NCBI GenBank assembly: GCA_964016885.1
Contig: OZ024742.1
Span: forward strand, 62,434,001 to 62,498,000
Reading direction: 5' to 3'
Source: Eledone cirrhosa
Lineage: Eukaryota
Length of the DNA stretch: 64,000 nucleotides
Shown here: piece after piece, positions 37,300 through 52,854 of the stretch
Position numbering within the stretch: the stretch's first letter is position 1
Layout of the letters: each line of letters opens with the position of its first letter
The notes under the pieces: model-generated
The model's input: the letters and a program-made list of their open reading frames with translations, nothing else
What the model was told of the DNA's origin: nothing
Database searches by the model: none
Made by a program: the position numbers and the translations under genes

Positions 37300-37710
37300 G
37301 TCACTAGTTTTGGTGGATCTACAAAGGCCTCTATCTCTAGGACTTCACTACAGAGCTAGCCCCTAGACCCATACCCTACCTCAGGACATAGCTATAAACC
37401 TAGCCCATGGTCTTGCTATAGATTCAGCCTCAACTTCTAGGACCTTGCTAGAGATACAGCCCCTACCCCAAGGACACTGCTCTAGAAGCAATGCCTACCT
37501 CCAGGACCTTGCTATAGGCTATAGGCCCAGCCCTTATTTCCATATAATTGCTATAGGCCCAGCCCTTACTTCCAGGACATTCCAAGATGTTGCTATAGGT
37601 CAAGCCCCTATCTCCAGGACATTAATGTAGGTCCACCCCCACCTCCAGCACATTCCCATAAGCCCAGACCTTCAGAACATTGCTATAGGCTATAGAAATA
37701 ACCCATACCT
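37300..37710. repeat. Diverged ~30-35-bp minisatellite (ccaggaccttgctataggc..agcccct)
   Basis: Recurrent caggac..tgctatagg..agccc units. Confidence 0.7.
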
Positions 37711-37714
37711 CCAT

Positions 37715-38050
37715 CAATAACAACCACAACAACAAACATCAATATCATCAACAACGACAACAACACCAACATCGTCATCAGAAACAGTGTTAACACCAAC
37801 AGCAGCAGCAACAACAACAACAGCAATAGCATCAACTGTAGCAACACTAACAACAACATTAGCAGCAACATCAATAATAACAGCAACAACAACAACAGCA
37901 GCATCAACAAAACAACAACAAGAACAACAATGACAACAACTACAGTAGCAATAACAGCAGCAGCAACAAAAGCAGCAACAAGAACAACAGCAACACCAAC
38001 AATTAGATTGACAACAATAACATTAACAAAAACAACAGCTACAGCTATCA
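37715..38050 (+). repeat. (CAA/CAG)n-rich low-complexity tract
   Basis: Direct reading. Confidence 0.8.
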
Positions 38051-38309
38051 CAGACCTGACAACCTCTAAAATCCCAAATGGTGAGTACCATGTTAAAAAT
38101 GTGCACCAAAACGTGGTGAAATGAGGTAAAACGGGGAGATTTTACATAATGAAAGCTATACCCATTTTTCACAAGAGAAGACATCTCTCACCCACTCCAA
38201 AGTGGGTGGGGGATCTTCCCGTTGGATGGGGAGAGTTGACAGGTCTGCTATCATCACATCAACAAAGTGCAATATTTTTCACAAGCAGTGAAAACCTCAA
38301 CATAACTAA

Positions 38310-38580
38310 TCCTGTTGTTACCACATTTCTAATGAGAGACATTGCTTATGATTTTTAGATCATTTTGAAAATAATCAAAACTTTGGTGGGAATTAATATT
38401 AACTAACATTCCCATTATTAAACTGGTGTTTGGAACATAATTTAGATAAGGTTTTTACTTAGAATAATTATGGGGAAATTTTAGATAACTATAAACACTT
38501 TAAAATAAACAGTTTTCTACATAAAAAAAAACAACAACAAAAAACCAGGAGTGGTTTTAGGTGGTTTGGTAACAAAAGGA
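38310..38580. mobile_element. Diverged piggyBac-type MITE
   Basis: tcctgttgttacca / tggtaacaaaagga termini with (c/t)TAA and TTAA flanks. Confidence 0.6.
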
Positions 38581-38867
38581 TTAACAACATCAACTTTATA
38601 GCAAGGAATGAAGTGTAATAAAGAATATCAAATATTCTCGCTCTGATATCTTTGTACATCAATTATTAAAGGTTTTACATGCATCAAGGCTGATTCCATA
38701 TTGATTTTTCCCCTTCTTATGTGGCTAACTGCTAATATTGTATTTTAAACCACTTCTGTATTAATCCAGTTATTATTTCAACTAACATTTATCACATTTC
38801 AACTTTGCTTCAAAACAGCTTTATCATCATTTAAACATTGATTATATAATCTATCACCAGTACCAGT

Positions 38868-39640
38868 ATGTAGCCAAGACGGCGATTTCGAAACTCATTC
38901 CCTTCACATGGCTTCCTGCTTCATCCAGCGTGGATATCCCCCCACCTTGATCCAAGCTGCTCTCACCCGCGCCCGTGAAACAGACCGCACCACAGCCCTC
39001 TCACGTCACCCCCGCCTCCCAACACCCGTGTTCATTTCCCTCTCACCTACCATCCCATCACCCTACTACTCCGGCGACATATCCTCCGTTCCTTCCGTAT
39101 CCTCCCTTCTGACCCGTCACTTCTTGCTTTTTTTCCAAACCCACCCATTACTGCTTTTAAGCGCGCCCGAAACCTCCGCGACCTCCTGGTTCGCAGTTCT
39201 TTTTCGGCCTCTCCCACGACTCCACCCGGCTCTCATCCTTGTTCCCGTTCCCGCTGCAACACTTGTCCCTTTATTTCCACTTTCACCACTCTTACAGGCC
39301 CTAACGGGTCTTTCCGTATCTGCCATTCCTTCACCTGCACATCCCCCCACGTTGTCTATACCCTCCGGTGTTCCCTTCACGGGTCTTTATATATCGGACA
39401 AACGGGACGCCGTATGGCGGACCGATTTGCCGAACATTTGAGGGAGATACGACTCGGTTTGGATACTACTGTCGTCCGTCATTTCTGATCTCCTGATCAT
39501 TCTTCCCTACATGTTTCTGTCCTGGGTGTCCTTTTACATCATGGATCACAAGCCTCGCGCACCAGGACTGAACAAAGTCTGATTCACCCTCTTGGGTCCT
39601 ATTCCACTCTTGGACTCAACTCACCTCCCCAATTTCTCTA
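38868..39640 (+). mobile_element. Penelope-like (Neptune-type) fragment: thumb, Cys linker, GIY-YIG
   Basis: FIQRGYP, FKRARNLRDLLVRS, PCSRSRCNTCPFI, FTCTSPHVVY..YIGQTGRRMADRFAEHLR across frames. Confidence 0.85.
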
Positions 39641-39771
39641 ATACCCCGTCCATTATCACACACCTAGATTTCTATCGCTTTCTCTTTGCTCATAGCTTCG
39701 TACTTACATGCACACATACTCTTTTACTCACATATACACACACATTTCTTCTTAGCTTCCTACGGACCTAT

Positions 39772-39969
<198 letters not shown>

Positions 39970-40129
39970 GAAATAACAACGGATATATTTGTATACATGT
40001 ATCTGTATATACATACACACAAATATAAATAAATATATATCATCATCATCATCACTGATGACCTCCACCTATGTCTTCCTTGATCTGTCACTTTGTACAC
40101 AGGCATAATACAGCTAGCCTTTCTTTCAT

Positions 40130-40860
40130 GGGAGGAAAACTTTAGTTGTCAACACAGGTGGTATCTTTCTCAACTTTTTCCATCCTGTTCTTACTCTAGC
40201 TATTATGCTCTTGGAGCAGCCTCTTCCCCAACACATTTTAGTTTCTAGGTAACAGAAGCTATCAACTACTTCTATGTAGCCTTCCTGAGATTGGAAAAAG
40301 TCTATTTTACTGATGCTCTAACTACTAACTATTCCTGTGCATCTGTTACATACAAAGTTTACCTTTTTCTGCTAGTCTGCCTACTTTCACACTACACCTC
40401 TCGTGTATCCAAGATTTGCATTTTGCATAATTTATAGAGTTACTACCAACTCTTTTTCTACATATTGAGGAGAGCCAGTTTCCTGATGGGATCAGGGTTT
40501 TGTCTTCTTTCCTGCTTAAAAGAACTTTAGTTTTTCCAAAGTTTACTCCAAGCCTATTTGATTCTGAATTCTGTTTCCAAAGCCAGAATTTCTTCTCTAG
40601 GTCTTCCACCAATTTATTTATAAGAACCAGAGCGTTAGTATACAGGAGGTCTCATGAGTAACCTGTCTTAAATTCCCATATTATGGTATCGAGAGCTATA
40701 ATAAACACCTACCTATACACTGAATTTCTCACTAAACTCATTACCTACATTTTCCTTACTAACAGCTCCTATGTACATGTCTTGCACTGCTCTTACAAAC
40801 CTTTCCTCAATGCTTAGTTTCCTTAAGGACTACTAGATGACAGGATAGGTACTTGTGAAA
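40130..40860 (-). mobile_element. Decayed RTE LINE fragment
   Basis: WKQNSESNRLGVNFGKTKVL..GNW..SICRKRVGSNSI..KCKSWIHERCS (40346..40612). Confidence 0.8.
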
Positions 40861-41184
40861 AGCCTTCTCTTGATCAACAATATATATATATATATGTGTG
40901 TATGTGTGTCTGTGTGTAATAGAACACTGGAGGGTTATATCCGTAGTAGTAGAGTGGGTATAGAGATGGGTAAAATACCGACCGTGACACGAAGCGGTTT
41001 CGAATTATGTTCAGCAAACCTTTTGCTGAACACAAATCGAAATATATACTCTCTCTCTCTCTCTTCTTCTCTTACTCTCACTCTCTCCCACTCTCTCTCC
41101 CTCTCCGCCACTCCCCTCTCCTCCCCCTCTCTCTGTAATGTAAAATTCCTTCATAGTCTATTTAGTCATTTTGTTCGTATAGGT

Positions 41185-41478
41185 CAGGCATGGGCAACCT
41201 TTTTCGAGAAGCGGGCCGCATGAGCTATGGTTCATTATCAGGCAGGCCGCAAGCGCTAACTTACATTCGTGCCCTAATTAAAAGAAAAGGGCGGTAACTC
41301 AGGTTTTTTTTATTTGTTTCTTCAGAATTGGTACACGTTGTTTTCCTTAATCATAAAAATGATAGAAAGATAAATTACGACTAAAAAGTTGGGGTAAAAA
41401 AAAATCAGAAAGATTTCACTTAGGTGACTTAGGCGAGCCATTCAGAAAGCTTTGCGGGCCGCAGGATGCCCATGACTG
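41185..41478. mobile_element. hAT (Charlie-like) non-autonomous element
   Basis: TIRs caggcatgggcaacct / aggatgcccatgactg, 8-bp TSD gtataggt / gtatagat, subterminal gcgggccgca motifs. Confidence 0.85.
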
Positions 41479-41599
41479 GTATAGATTGTTCTAGAATTAA
41501 CTTTTCTCTCTCGGTGAATTTTGTTTTGTCCGTACTTTACTTATTGTTATAATTGTTTCTATTTCTCCCACGTTTGGAAAGTATGCTTACTTCTCCAAA

Positions 41600-44500
41600 A
41601 GTTACCCATTTTCCCTCCCGGTCACCCCCACTCACCATCATATTTGGTCAAATCAAAACACAGCGGTTTATAGTAAGGTTTTAACACAAATCTCCATCAC
41701 AAAGCCACTACTCCTCGGTATGATAATGGACTTCAGAGATGGAGAGTCTGAGCACTCTCAATGACAAAGACAAATATATATTCACCTCCCGCCTCCGGAT
41801 GAGCATGCAAGCACACCTTTTTATTTCAGACATGGAAGACCAAGATTAACATAATTTTGACTCACACACCCCTTCCTATCTCTTCCTCGCTCCCAGCGAA
41901 CTCCAAAACTCCAGAGTTGGTACCATGAACGTAGGCACATTGAAAGGTCGCTCAAATGAGGTTGTAGAGATGCTTGAACGTAAGGAAGTTGATGTTTGTT
42001 GTGTTCAAGAGACCAAGTGGAGGGGTGGGTCTGCTAGATTCATTGTGGGCAAAAAACGATGCTATGAACTTTTCTGGATAGGATGTGATAACGTGCTGGC
42101 TGCAGTTGGAATTATGTTAGCAGAAAAATGGGTAGATAAGGTAATTGCCATAATTAGAGTGAATGACAGAATAATTAAAATAAGACTAGTTCTAAATAAA
42201 ACAACTGTGTCAATAATATCCGCTTATGCACCCCAATCTGGTCTACCACATGTAATAAAAGACAGTTTCTATGAGTCGCTAATGCTCACTGCCTCTCAAA
42301 ATAACCGACAGTGACTACATAATTATTGCTGGCGACCTTAATGGTCATATTGGACCGCATTGTGATGGCTATGATGGAATTCATGGAGATTATGAGTTTG
42401 GTACTAAAAATGAGGGGGGCTTCAGGATCCTGGAATTCTGTGATGTAATAACCTAACTATCTGTAACACAAACTTGAAAAAAGGAGATAATTACTTATTA
42501 CCAATAGATCAGGGGTAGCACACTAGCCAGATAGATTTTTATCCTTACTAGAAGACGAGACAGAAAGTCTGTTGTAAACACGAAGTCCCTCCCTCGAGAA
42601 GAATGCACCTCCCAACATAGCCTAATAGTTAGTGACCTCATAGTCAGGACTAGACGTACTCGACGACAGAGGACTAACTTGAGGAAAAGAATATGGAAGT
42701 TGAAGGACCCCACAGCCAGTAACACATTTAAAAGCATATTAGTTGATGCCTTTGACAGTATGGAAGAGCAATTAGAGACGTACAATATAGAGAAACAGTG
42801 GGAATTCCTGAAAGTTTATCTGCTGAAGGCGACTGACGAAATCTAAGGCTGGAGCAGACCTTTAGGCAGGAGGAGAGTAACATTGTGGTGGAACAGTAAG
42901 GTGGAGGAGACAATCAAGGCCAAAAAGCAGGCTTGGAAAGAACGGTGGGATTGGGGTAGTAGAGAATACTATCAGGTGGCTGGGAGAGAAGCTAGGTGAC
43001 AAGTGTATTTTGCAAGAAGGGAAGCAGAGGATAGCAAGTTCAAGCATATTCTACAACGCGAGGACCAAAACGTGAGGTGTTCAGGATTGTGAGACAATGT
43101 GTCAAGGAAAATTGTGATATTGTCAGGGAAAAGAATGTCCGTAATGATGATGGTATACTTGCCCTCACTGATACTGATAAGAAGGTAGCTTGGAAGTGTC
43201 ACTACGAGAGACTACTAATTGAGGCGAATGAATGGGATAACGATAGTCTGCCCCAAATCGATACAACAGAGGGACCAGCTGTGCAAGTCAATGGTAGTAT
43301 AGTAAGTAAGGCAATCAAAGATATGAAGAAAAGCAAGGCAGCTGGGCCTTCGGAGATATTTTCTGAAATGTTGAAAGCATCTGGAATGATGGGACATACT
43401 ATGGTCACCCGGATAGTAAACCAAGTAATACACAATGGGGTCATAGCAAATGACTGGCGTAGCAGCAGCATCGTTAACTGCTACAAGGACAAAGGAGATG
43501 CCGTAGATAAAGGAAACTATAGAGGCATTAAGTTAGTTGAGCAGATCATGAATCTCACAGAAAGAGTTATTGCACAACTGATTGGAGACTGAATTGATCT
43601 AGATGAAATGCAGTTTGGATTTGTGCCAGGTAAAAGTACTACAGATGCTCTCTTCTTGTGTGGAGATGTACCTAGTTACATAGCTTTTGTTGACTTGGAG
43701 AAATCCTTTGACAGAGTCCTCCGCTCCATCATCTGGTGGGCTCTTAGAAAACTAGGAGTAGATGAGTGGCTTGTAAGAGCTATACAAGCCATGTATAGAG
43801 AAACAGTCAGCAAGGTTAGAATTAACAAAGAATATAGTGAAAGATTTAGCGTAAAAGTAGGTGTTTACCAAGGCTCCGTCCTTAGCCCCCTCCTGTGTAT
43901 TATTGCCATACAGGCTATAACAGAAGAGTTTAAGAATGGCTGCCCTTGGGAGAACTTCTATATGTAGATGATCTAACTCTTATAGCTGAATCTATGGCTG
44001 AACTAGAGAAGAAATTCCAAACATGGAAGCATGGCTTAGAATCAAAAGGCCTTAAAGTTTACTTGTCTAAGACTGAAGTCCTAGTATGTAGAAAGGAAAA
44101 TAGGGCACAGGTGCCATCTGCGAAATGGCCATGCTCAGTGTGTAGGAAAAGGGTAGGTAGAAATTTCATTCGATGCCCCAACTGCAAACTATGGGTAAAT
44201 AAAATATGTCGTGGGATCACAGGCAAATTATCTAAGAATATAGATTGTATATGTGGCCGATGCTCAGGTGCAAGTAAGCAAGTTCCCACTGGATAGTAGC
44301 TCCTTCAACTGCCCAGATGGTCCTATAGAAACAATAGACACTTTCCGTTAACTAGGTGACAAAATCAGCAGAGAATGAGGATTTTCTGAAAGTACATTAA
44401 CCAGAGTTAGAACGGGATGGAAAAAGTTCAGAGAGCTAATACTGCTGTTGGCCACAAAAGGTTTCTCTCTAAAAATGAAAGGCAGATTGTATGGTGCTTG

Positions 44501-45258
44501 TATACGAACAGCAATGTAACATAGCAGTGAGACCTGGACATTGTGTGCAGAGGATCTGCGCAGATTGGAAAGGAACGAAGCATACATGCTCTGATGGATG
44601 TGTAATAGTAATATACACGAACGGCAAAACGTAAACGGACTAAGAGAGAAATTAGGAATAAGAGGGATCAGATGCAGTTTACTTGAGAGGAGATTACGTT
44701 GGTGTGGTCATGTGATGTGTATGAAGGATGACAGCTGTATAAAAGAGTGCAGGGTGATCAAAATAGAAGGAAGCAACGGAGTAGGTAAACCCAGAAAAAC
44801 CTGGGACGAGGTGATAAAAACTGATCTTGCACGCTTGCACATCTTTAAGACAATGTCACTGGATCGAGATCTTTGGCGCTTCCCTTACGTACACAATTAA
44901 ACCTACAGTCAGTAGGCACCTCTTAACACAATATACACCCTACCCCACAACCCAACTCCACCCACCCACGTCCACCAACACCACCCTCTCTCAGTAAAGT
45001 TATGTTGGTACCACAGAACATCCATTCCACACTGTAGAGTGGTCGTATAGGAGACACAGTAAAAAGGCTCGCAGTCCACACTGTACATGTGGTTGGCGTT
45101 AGGAAGGGTATGCAGCCGTAGAAAACTAGCCAGAGAGAGAAAGCTCTATACGAGCGAGACACGGTCACCCGATCAATCTTTCTTCAAGTGGGACAAACCC
45201 GTCAAACCCATGCTAGCGTAGACGATGGACGTTGCACGATGATGATGATGATGATGAC
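41600..45258 (+). mobile_element. Near full-length decayed RTE LINE (APE, RT, PHD-like Cys insert, 3' UTR, (GAT)n tail)
   Basis: MNVGTLKGRS..CCVQETKW..SAYAPQ; GDLNGH; QFGFVPG; AFVDLEKSFDRV; GVYQGSVLSP; LLYVDDL; KWPCSVC..C..C..WV; RRLRWCGHV; GKPRKTW. Many stops and frameshifts; 5' limit approximate. Confidence 0.9.
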
Positions 45259-45276
45259 TATAATATATATATATAT

Positions 45277-47207
<1,931 letters not shown>

Positions 47208-47390
47208 GTACAGAGAAGTTCGGAATACCTCAGCCTCGGGATTGTGTCTACATTTTGTGCTTATAAAAAAATTCGTCGTAGATTACCAGGGTTTTTTTCC
47301 TTGCGAAGAAAATCAATTCTTTATCGCGAAATTAATACTTTTGTTTATATTTTGTTATTGTGTATGCAAAAATATCTGTACCCGAATATA

Positions 47391-47437
<47 letters not shown>

Positions 47438-47442
<5 letters not shown>

Positions 47443-47556
47443 TAAAAGATTAAAGTTTAAGCAAAGAATCGCTGCTTTCACCCTTAACGGGAGCTTCTGA
47501 AACTAAAAAAATCAATCTGTGAATGCAGAAGTAAATATTTCGATAAACGTTACACA
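47438..47556 (-). mobile_element. Solo 3' end of the 26-28 kb PLE family, in (TA)n
   Basis: Reverse complement of ~28155-28272, including the HHR-like motif. Confidence 0.85.
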
Positions 47557-47619
47557 CTATATATACACACACATTATATATACATATATATATATATATA
47601 CACACACACACCACGTCAT

Positions 47620-47938
47620 AACGTCGAAATGCAGACAGTCAGACATACAGACAGATATTATAAGGGCGCAACGTTAAATATATGTATCTATCAAAAAAGA
47701 AAGACTAAGAATTATAGAGAGAGATCGCTAAATCGCCTAACGCGGTCCCTAGGGCATTGAAAATTTGAAATTGTTTTGCTCAAAACGCTCACAGGACCAT
47801 AGGTATTACATGTGTAAAGTTTGAAAACAATCGGTTGGGTGGTTCTCGAGGTTTAGTGAGTTGACAGACAGACAGATATTCTCTGTTTTAGATATATTGA
47901 CTAGCAGAAAACCGCCCACCGTGTGGTTTTCTGCTAGT
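47620..47938 (+). mobile_element. Helitron-like non-autonomous repeat (inverted relative at ~63455-63790)
   Basis: Shared blocks (tagagagagatcgctaaatcgcctaa; catgtgtaaagtttgaaaaca.tcggttgggtggttct); ends with a hairpin and CTAGT. Confidence 0.5.
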
Positions 47939-47939
47939 A

Positions 47940-48400
47940 TATATATATATTACACACACAGAAATGTATATATATTTCTGTGTGTGTATATATATATATA
48001 TATATATTACACACACAGAAATGTATATATATTTCTGTGTGTATATATATATATTACACACACAGAAATGTATATATATTTTTGTGTGTATATATATATA
48101 TTTCTGTGTGTGTATATATATATATATTACACACACACAGAAATGTATATATGTTTCTATAGCACTCCTCAATTCCCCCCTCTCTCCCTCCCGATATCCC
48201 CCTCTTGTAGTCTGTCTCTTTCTTTCACTCTCACTCTCTCTCTACGCGTGCGCAAAAAACATTCGCACGTGTTTTAGCGTCTATTCACTCTCTCTCTCCC
48301 TCTCTCCCTCCCGCTATCCCCCTCTCGTAGTCTGTCTCTTTCTTTCACTCTCACTCTCTCTCTACGCGTGCGCAAAAAACATTCGCACGCGCGCACGTGT
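47940..48400. repeat. Tandem AT/CA-rich ~45-55-bp units followed by a ~120-bp direct duplication
   Basis: tattacacacacagaaatgtatatat occurs 4 times; 48178-48268 is repeated at 48298-48388. Confidence 0.75.
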
Positions 48401-48480
48401 TTCCACTGTCGGACAGACAGACAGAGAAATTGCTGGTTATATATTATAAGGAGATATGCAAGTTCGCAATCTCTTATCCG

Positions 48481-48945
48481 AAAATCTGGGACGAGGTGAT
48501 AAAAACTGATCTTGCACACTTGCACCTCTTTAAGACAATGTCACTGGATCGAGATCTTTGGCGCTATGCAGTAATACAGAAGACCCTTACGTACGAAATT
48601 AAACCTAGTCAGTAGGCACCTCTTAACCCCACAACCCTACTCCATCCACCCATGTCCGCCAACACCACCCTCTCTCAGTAAAGTTATGTTGGTACCACAG
48701 AACATCCATTCCACACTGTAGAGCGGTCGTATAGGAGACACGGTAAAAAGGCTTGCAGTCTACACTGTACATGTGGTTGGCGTTATGAAGGACATGCAGC
48801 CGTAGAAAACCAGCCAGAGAGAGAGAAAGCTCTATACGAGCGAGACACGGTCACTCGACCAGTCTTGCCTCATGTGGGACAAACCGGTCTAACCCATGCT
48901 AGCGTGGAAGATAGACGTTAAGCGATGATGATGATGATGATGACG
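48481..48945 (+). mobile_element. RTE 3' fragment (same family as 41.6-45.3 kb)
   Basis: WDEVIKTDLA.LH.FKTMSLDRDLWR and a matching 3' UTR with (GAT)n. Confidence 0.9.
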
Positions 48946-49019
48946 ATAATAAAACCACTGATGAAGGACTAATTTTATTCATAGGGTAACCCATGTGCAA
49001 CCACGCAGCACTCAATTCT

Positions 49020-49073
<54 letters not shown>

Positions 49074-49783
49074 GTTCACAATCTCTTATCCGAAAACATT
49101 GGGACCAGACACTACACAAAAACAAAATGGTGTAGGATAGAACAACGAAGAGACAGAAAATAAAAACCCAGTCACCGAGGAGGTCACAGAATGTGACAAT
49201 ATATAAACTACCATCCGGTTATCAAACCAACCAATCGGAAGTATGTGTGTGTGTGTATGTGTAGTTTCTAATTATTAGGGTGATTATCTCTGAAAGCTAC
49301 GCAGTAACGTCTCAGAGATAAACAAGTGCAAACAGGTAAAAGCACTCCCGGTCCATCAGTGTTGTGGTGATTAAGCACAAAGGAGTTTTCACGTACAATA
49401 GATGTTATGTTTACATTATACATATTTCAATGACAAGTTACATAGTTATTATGTAACGGTTACATCAGTAACTAGCACCGGTGTGACATCATCAGATGTT
49501 AACACAATTATGTGAATTGATTATGTTGGTATGTTGGTACGCTGGTATGTCGCAAGCAGTAATTTATTTAAATACAACATAACCAATTAACATCTTCTTT
49601 TCGTAATTATTCATATATAAATACACTTGTGAACCAGCCTATATCAAGCCATGTCATCTATGGAATGCTTATGCTTGGATTAATTGATTATGGTGACTCA
49701 AGCGTCACTTTCCAATCTTGCTTCAAGTGGGAAAAACTCGTCCAACCCATGCTAGCGTGGAAGATGGACGTTAAAAGATGATG

Positions 49784-49840
<57 letters not shown>

Positions 49841-49876
49841 TGTGAATGTGTGTGTGTGTGTTTGTGTGTGTGTGTA

Positions 49877-49944
<68 letters not shown>

Positions 49945-50694
49945 TGTAAACGGAAACAATTAAGCAAATAACACAGTACAATGAAGAAATATATTAGTTT
50001 AACGCTCGGTGTAGTAGGAAAAGAGTCTTTACGTTTTAGATACTAGTTGTTCATCGGAAGATATAGTGAGAAATAAAAGTTTGTCATAGGTTCGTCCAGA
50101 TTGAAAAGTCCTACATAGTCTCTTGTTCGCTTGCTAACACTGTAGCCTTTGATTCCGCTAATTTTGTTTTTAGTCTCATATTGTTTGTGTTAGCTCTTAT
50201 GTGCTACATTCAATTCCTCATGTATTCATCTTTTTTTTCAGTTCACTTGTGCTCTGTTGTTCACACACTCTAAAATTACACACCCAGTAAAGTATAAATG
50301 CCTCATTTATTTTTAGATACAACAAAACATTGTCACTCAGAATCCATGACTCTCTGTTATGCAACATAGCAGTTCGAACAAAAGTATTTTCTCTGAGAGA
50401 AAATACTTTTGTTGCCAACAGAGGTAAAAGTTTCCTGAACTTAGTAAATACCTATGCTCTACATATAGTACGACTAAATATGAATGTTTATTAAAGACAG
50501 ACAAACACATACACATATACATACACACACGCACTGACACACACACATACATACAGATATGTGTATATCTAAACTATATTAAAGGAAGGTCTGCGGGACT
50601 TTGTATGGTTTATTTATTTTTATATCCCGTTAGTAAAATAAGTTGGATTACTTTGAATAAATAATTGTTTCTACTATTCAAGGACAAACAACAG

Positions 50695-52620
50695 AGGGAC
50701 AGACTATCTCCCTGGAAGATACCTCTCTTGATCTTCACGCCTTCCAAGGATTCTCCAGCTGATGTTAACTCTGTTTTCCAGGACTTCATACTTTTTCCCA
50801 ACAACTGTCTGATGTTATCTGCCACCTTGATGATCCAAGAATGAGGCACCATGTCAAATGCCTTTTTGTAGTCTATCCATCCCATGGCAAGACCAGTGTG
50901 TCTCCTCTTGCAATTCCTCATTACCATCTTATCAATAAGTAACTGGTCCTTTGTACCACGGGACTTCTTTCGGCATCCTTTCTGTTCGTCAGGTAACAAG
51001 TTGTTTGTGTGGAGGTGATGGTAGATTTCCTCAGACATAATGCTTGTCAACAGTTTCCACATTACGGACAGACATATGATAGGTATATAGTTGGTAACAT
51101 CATTACCCTTGATTCGGTCTTTCATTACCAGAACTGTGGTACCTTTTGTCAACCACTCTGGTACCTCACCTGACATCAAGCAGTCATTGAACATGGTTGT
51201 CAGTTTCGGGTGGAGGGATGTTATATTTTTAATCCAATACCCCTGCATACCATCTGGGCCTGGTGATTTTCAGTTGGTTAGTTTTTTGCCCTGCCCCTTA
51301 AGAGTTTCAACTGTGATACTCAAATCAGTTTGTTGGTGTGCCTGTTCACTAATCTCCTTTTGTACTGTCTCAATCCACACTGCCTGGTCATTATGCTTAA
51401 CATCCTGCTCCCATATTCCTCTCCAGAATGTCTTAGTTTGTTCCGCCTCAGGGATCAAGTCGTTGCCTCTTTCTTACCCTTCAAGCTGTCCAAACAGCAT
51501 CTTCTGGTTGTTGTCAAACATGCGGTTCTGTCTATACTGACTGACTCTGCTCTCGTATCGCCTGATTTTTGCACTCTTTGCTACAATGCGTTGCTTCAGT
51601 TCCTCTATGATAATATTTAGCTTTTTCCTCCTAGTTTTGTACTTTATTTCCAGTTTATTTTTAGTGTCTATGTTTTGTAGAGTCCCATTCAGTAGGGACT
51701 CAAGCTTTCCAATGTCATTTCTCACTTCCCTGATTTGACCATTCAGTCATTAATTCCACCAAGGTTCTGATCTTTCTTGTTTGTTGTTTCCTCTCGCTTT
51801 TATGCCAAGTAATTTCCTCACCGCATTTGCTGTTGCTTTGAGGATATTGTTGCACTGGTGAAGGTATGGGATGACTTTGTTTACCTTAGCTGTTGTTTCT
51901 TTTAACTTTTTCCTGTCTACAAATCTTAGGTTCATAGGTTTCCCACTATCATTGTTCAATTCATCTACCACTAACTTTAGGATATCAGCCAAATCTCCTC
52001 AATGGCCGTATCTTTGTTCCAGGTATTATTTATTTCAGCATTCAGATCATTGTCTGCTTCGGATGCTTCTTCCATTCTCTCAACATCTTCACCTTCATTT
52101 CCCACTGGCTCGTTTTCCTGGCATACTCCACTCTCCATTTCCAACCTAATCGCTCTGCCCAGTTCCTCCAGTTCCAGCTCGCTTATCCATCCATTAGTTC
52201 TTATTACCCGAGCCTGCCCGGCCAATTTTTGTTCATCTAATTTAAATAGACCAATCTCGATCCAGATGTTATGCATCCGTTTCCTATAGCCTTTTTCCTT
52301 GGGGTTACTCTTCGGGTAACATTGCATAACCGTTCTATTCAATTCTTTTGTTCAGTTGGTTCTGGTCCCTTTCTTTCTTCTTCTTCCTCCAACACCAGCA
52401 GTATTTGGATGACAGCCAGGTCCCTGCTGCTGGGTGGGTGTCTGTCACATGGCGTTCCAGTCTCCACTTCACCGTTATTCGAACTGTTTAGGTTCGACAT
52501 TTAAACACTCATATCGAGGATTGGTGAATGTATGGTTACATAATCACCGGTGATTTCATCACCCCCAGTGATTTGATCACCCCCGGTGATTTTAGCGTGG
52601 CACTACCACACTGTCGTCGA
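50695..52620 (-). mobile_element. R4/Dong-type LINE, 5' part (N-terminal region to RT QGDSLS), 3'-truncated
   Basis: GYRKRMHNIW, EPWW, QYRQNRMF, TFWRGIW, NWKSPGPD..QGYWIK, EQKGCR..GTKDQLLID, WIDYKKAFDMVPHSW, RGIFQGDSLS. Confidence 0.9.
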
Positions 52621-52854
52621 ACATAAATAAATAAACAAATAAATAGGTAAAAACTTAAAAAAATAAACGTAAGTTTCATTGTAATGTTTGAATGTCTGAC
52701 TTAGTTTTTTTGTTTGTTTGTTTGTTTTTTTCTTTTTTTTTTCTTCTCTTTACGGTGTTCGTTGTTGCTGTGCTGTTTTGATTTTAGCTTCATGGGAAGT
52801 AGGGCTGTTGCGTTCAAAACTTTTGAAATTTGTTTCGACTTGTTGCTTATCATT

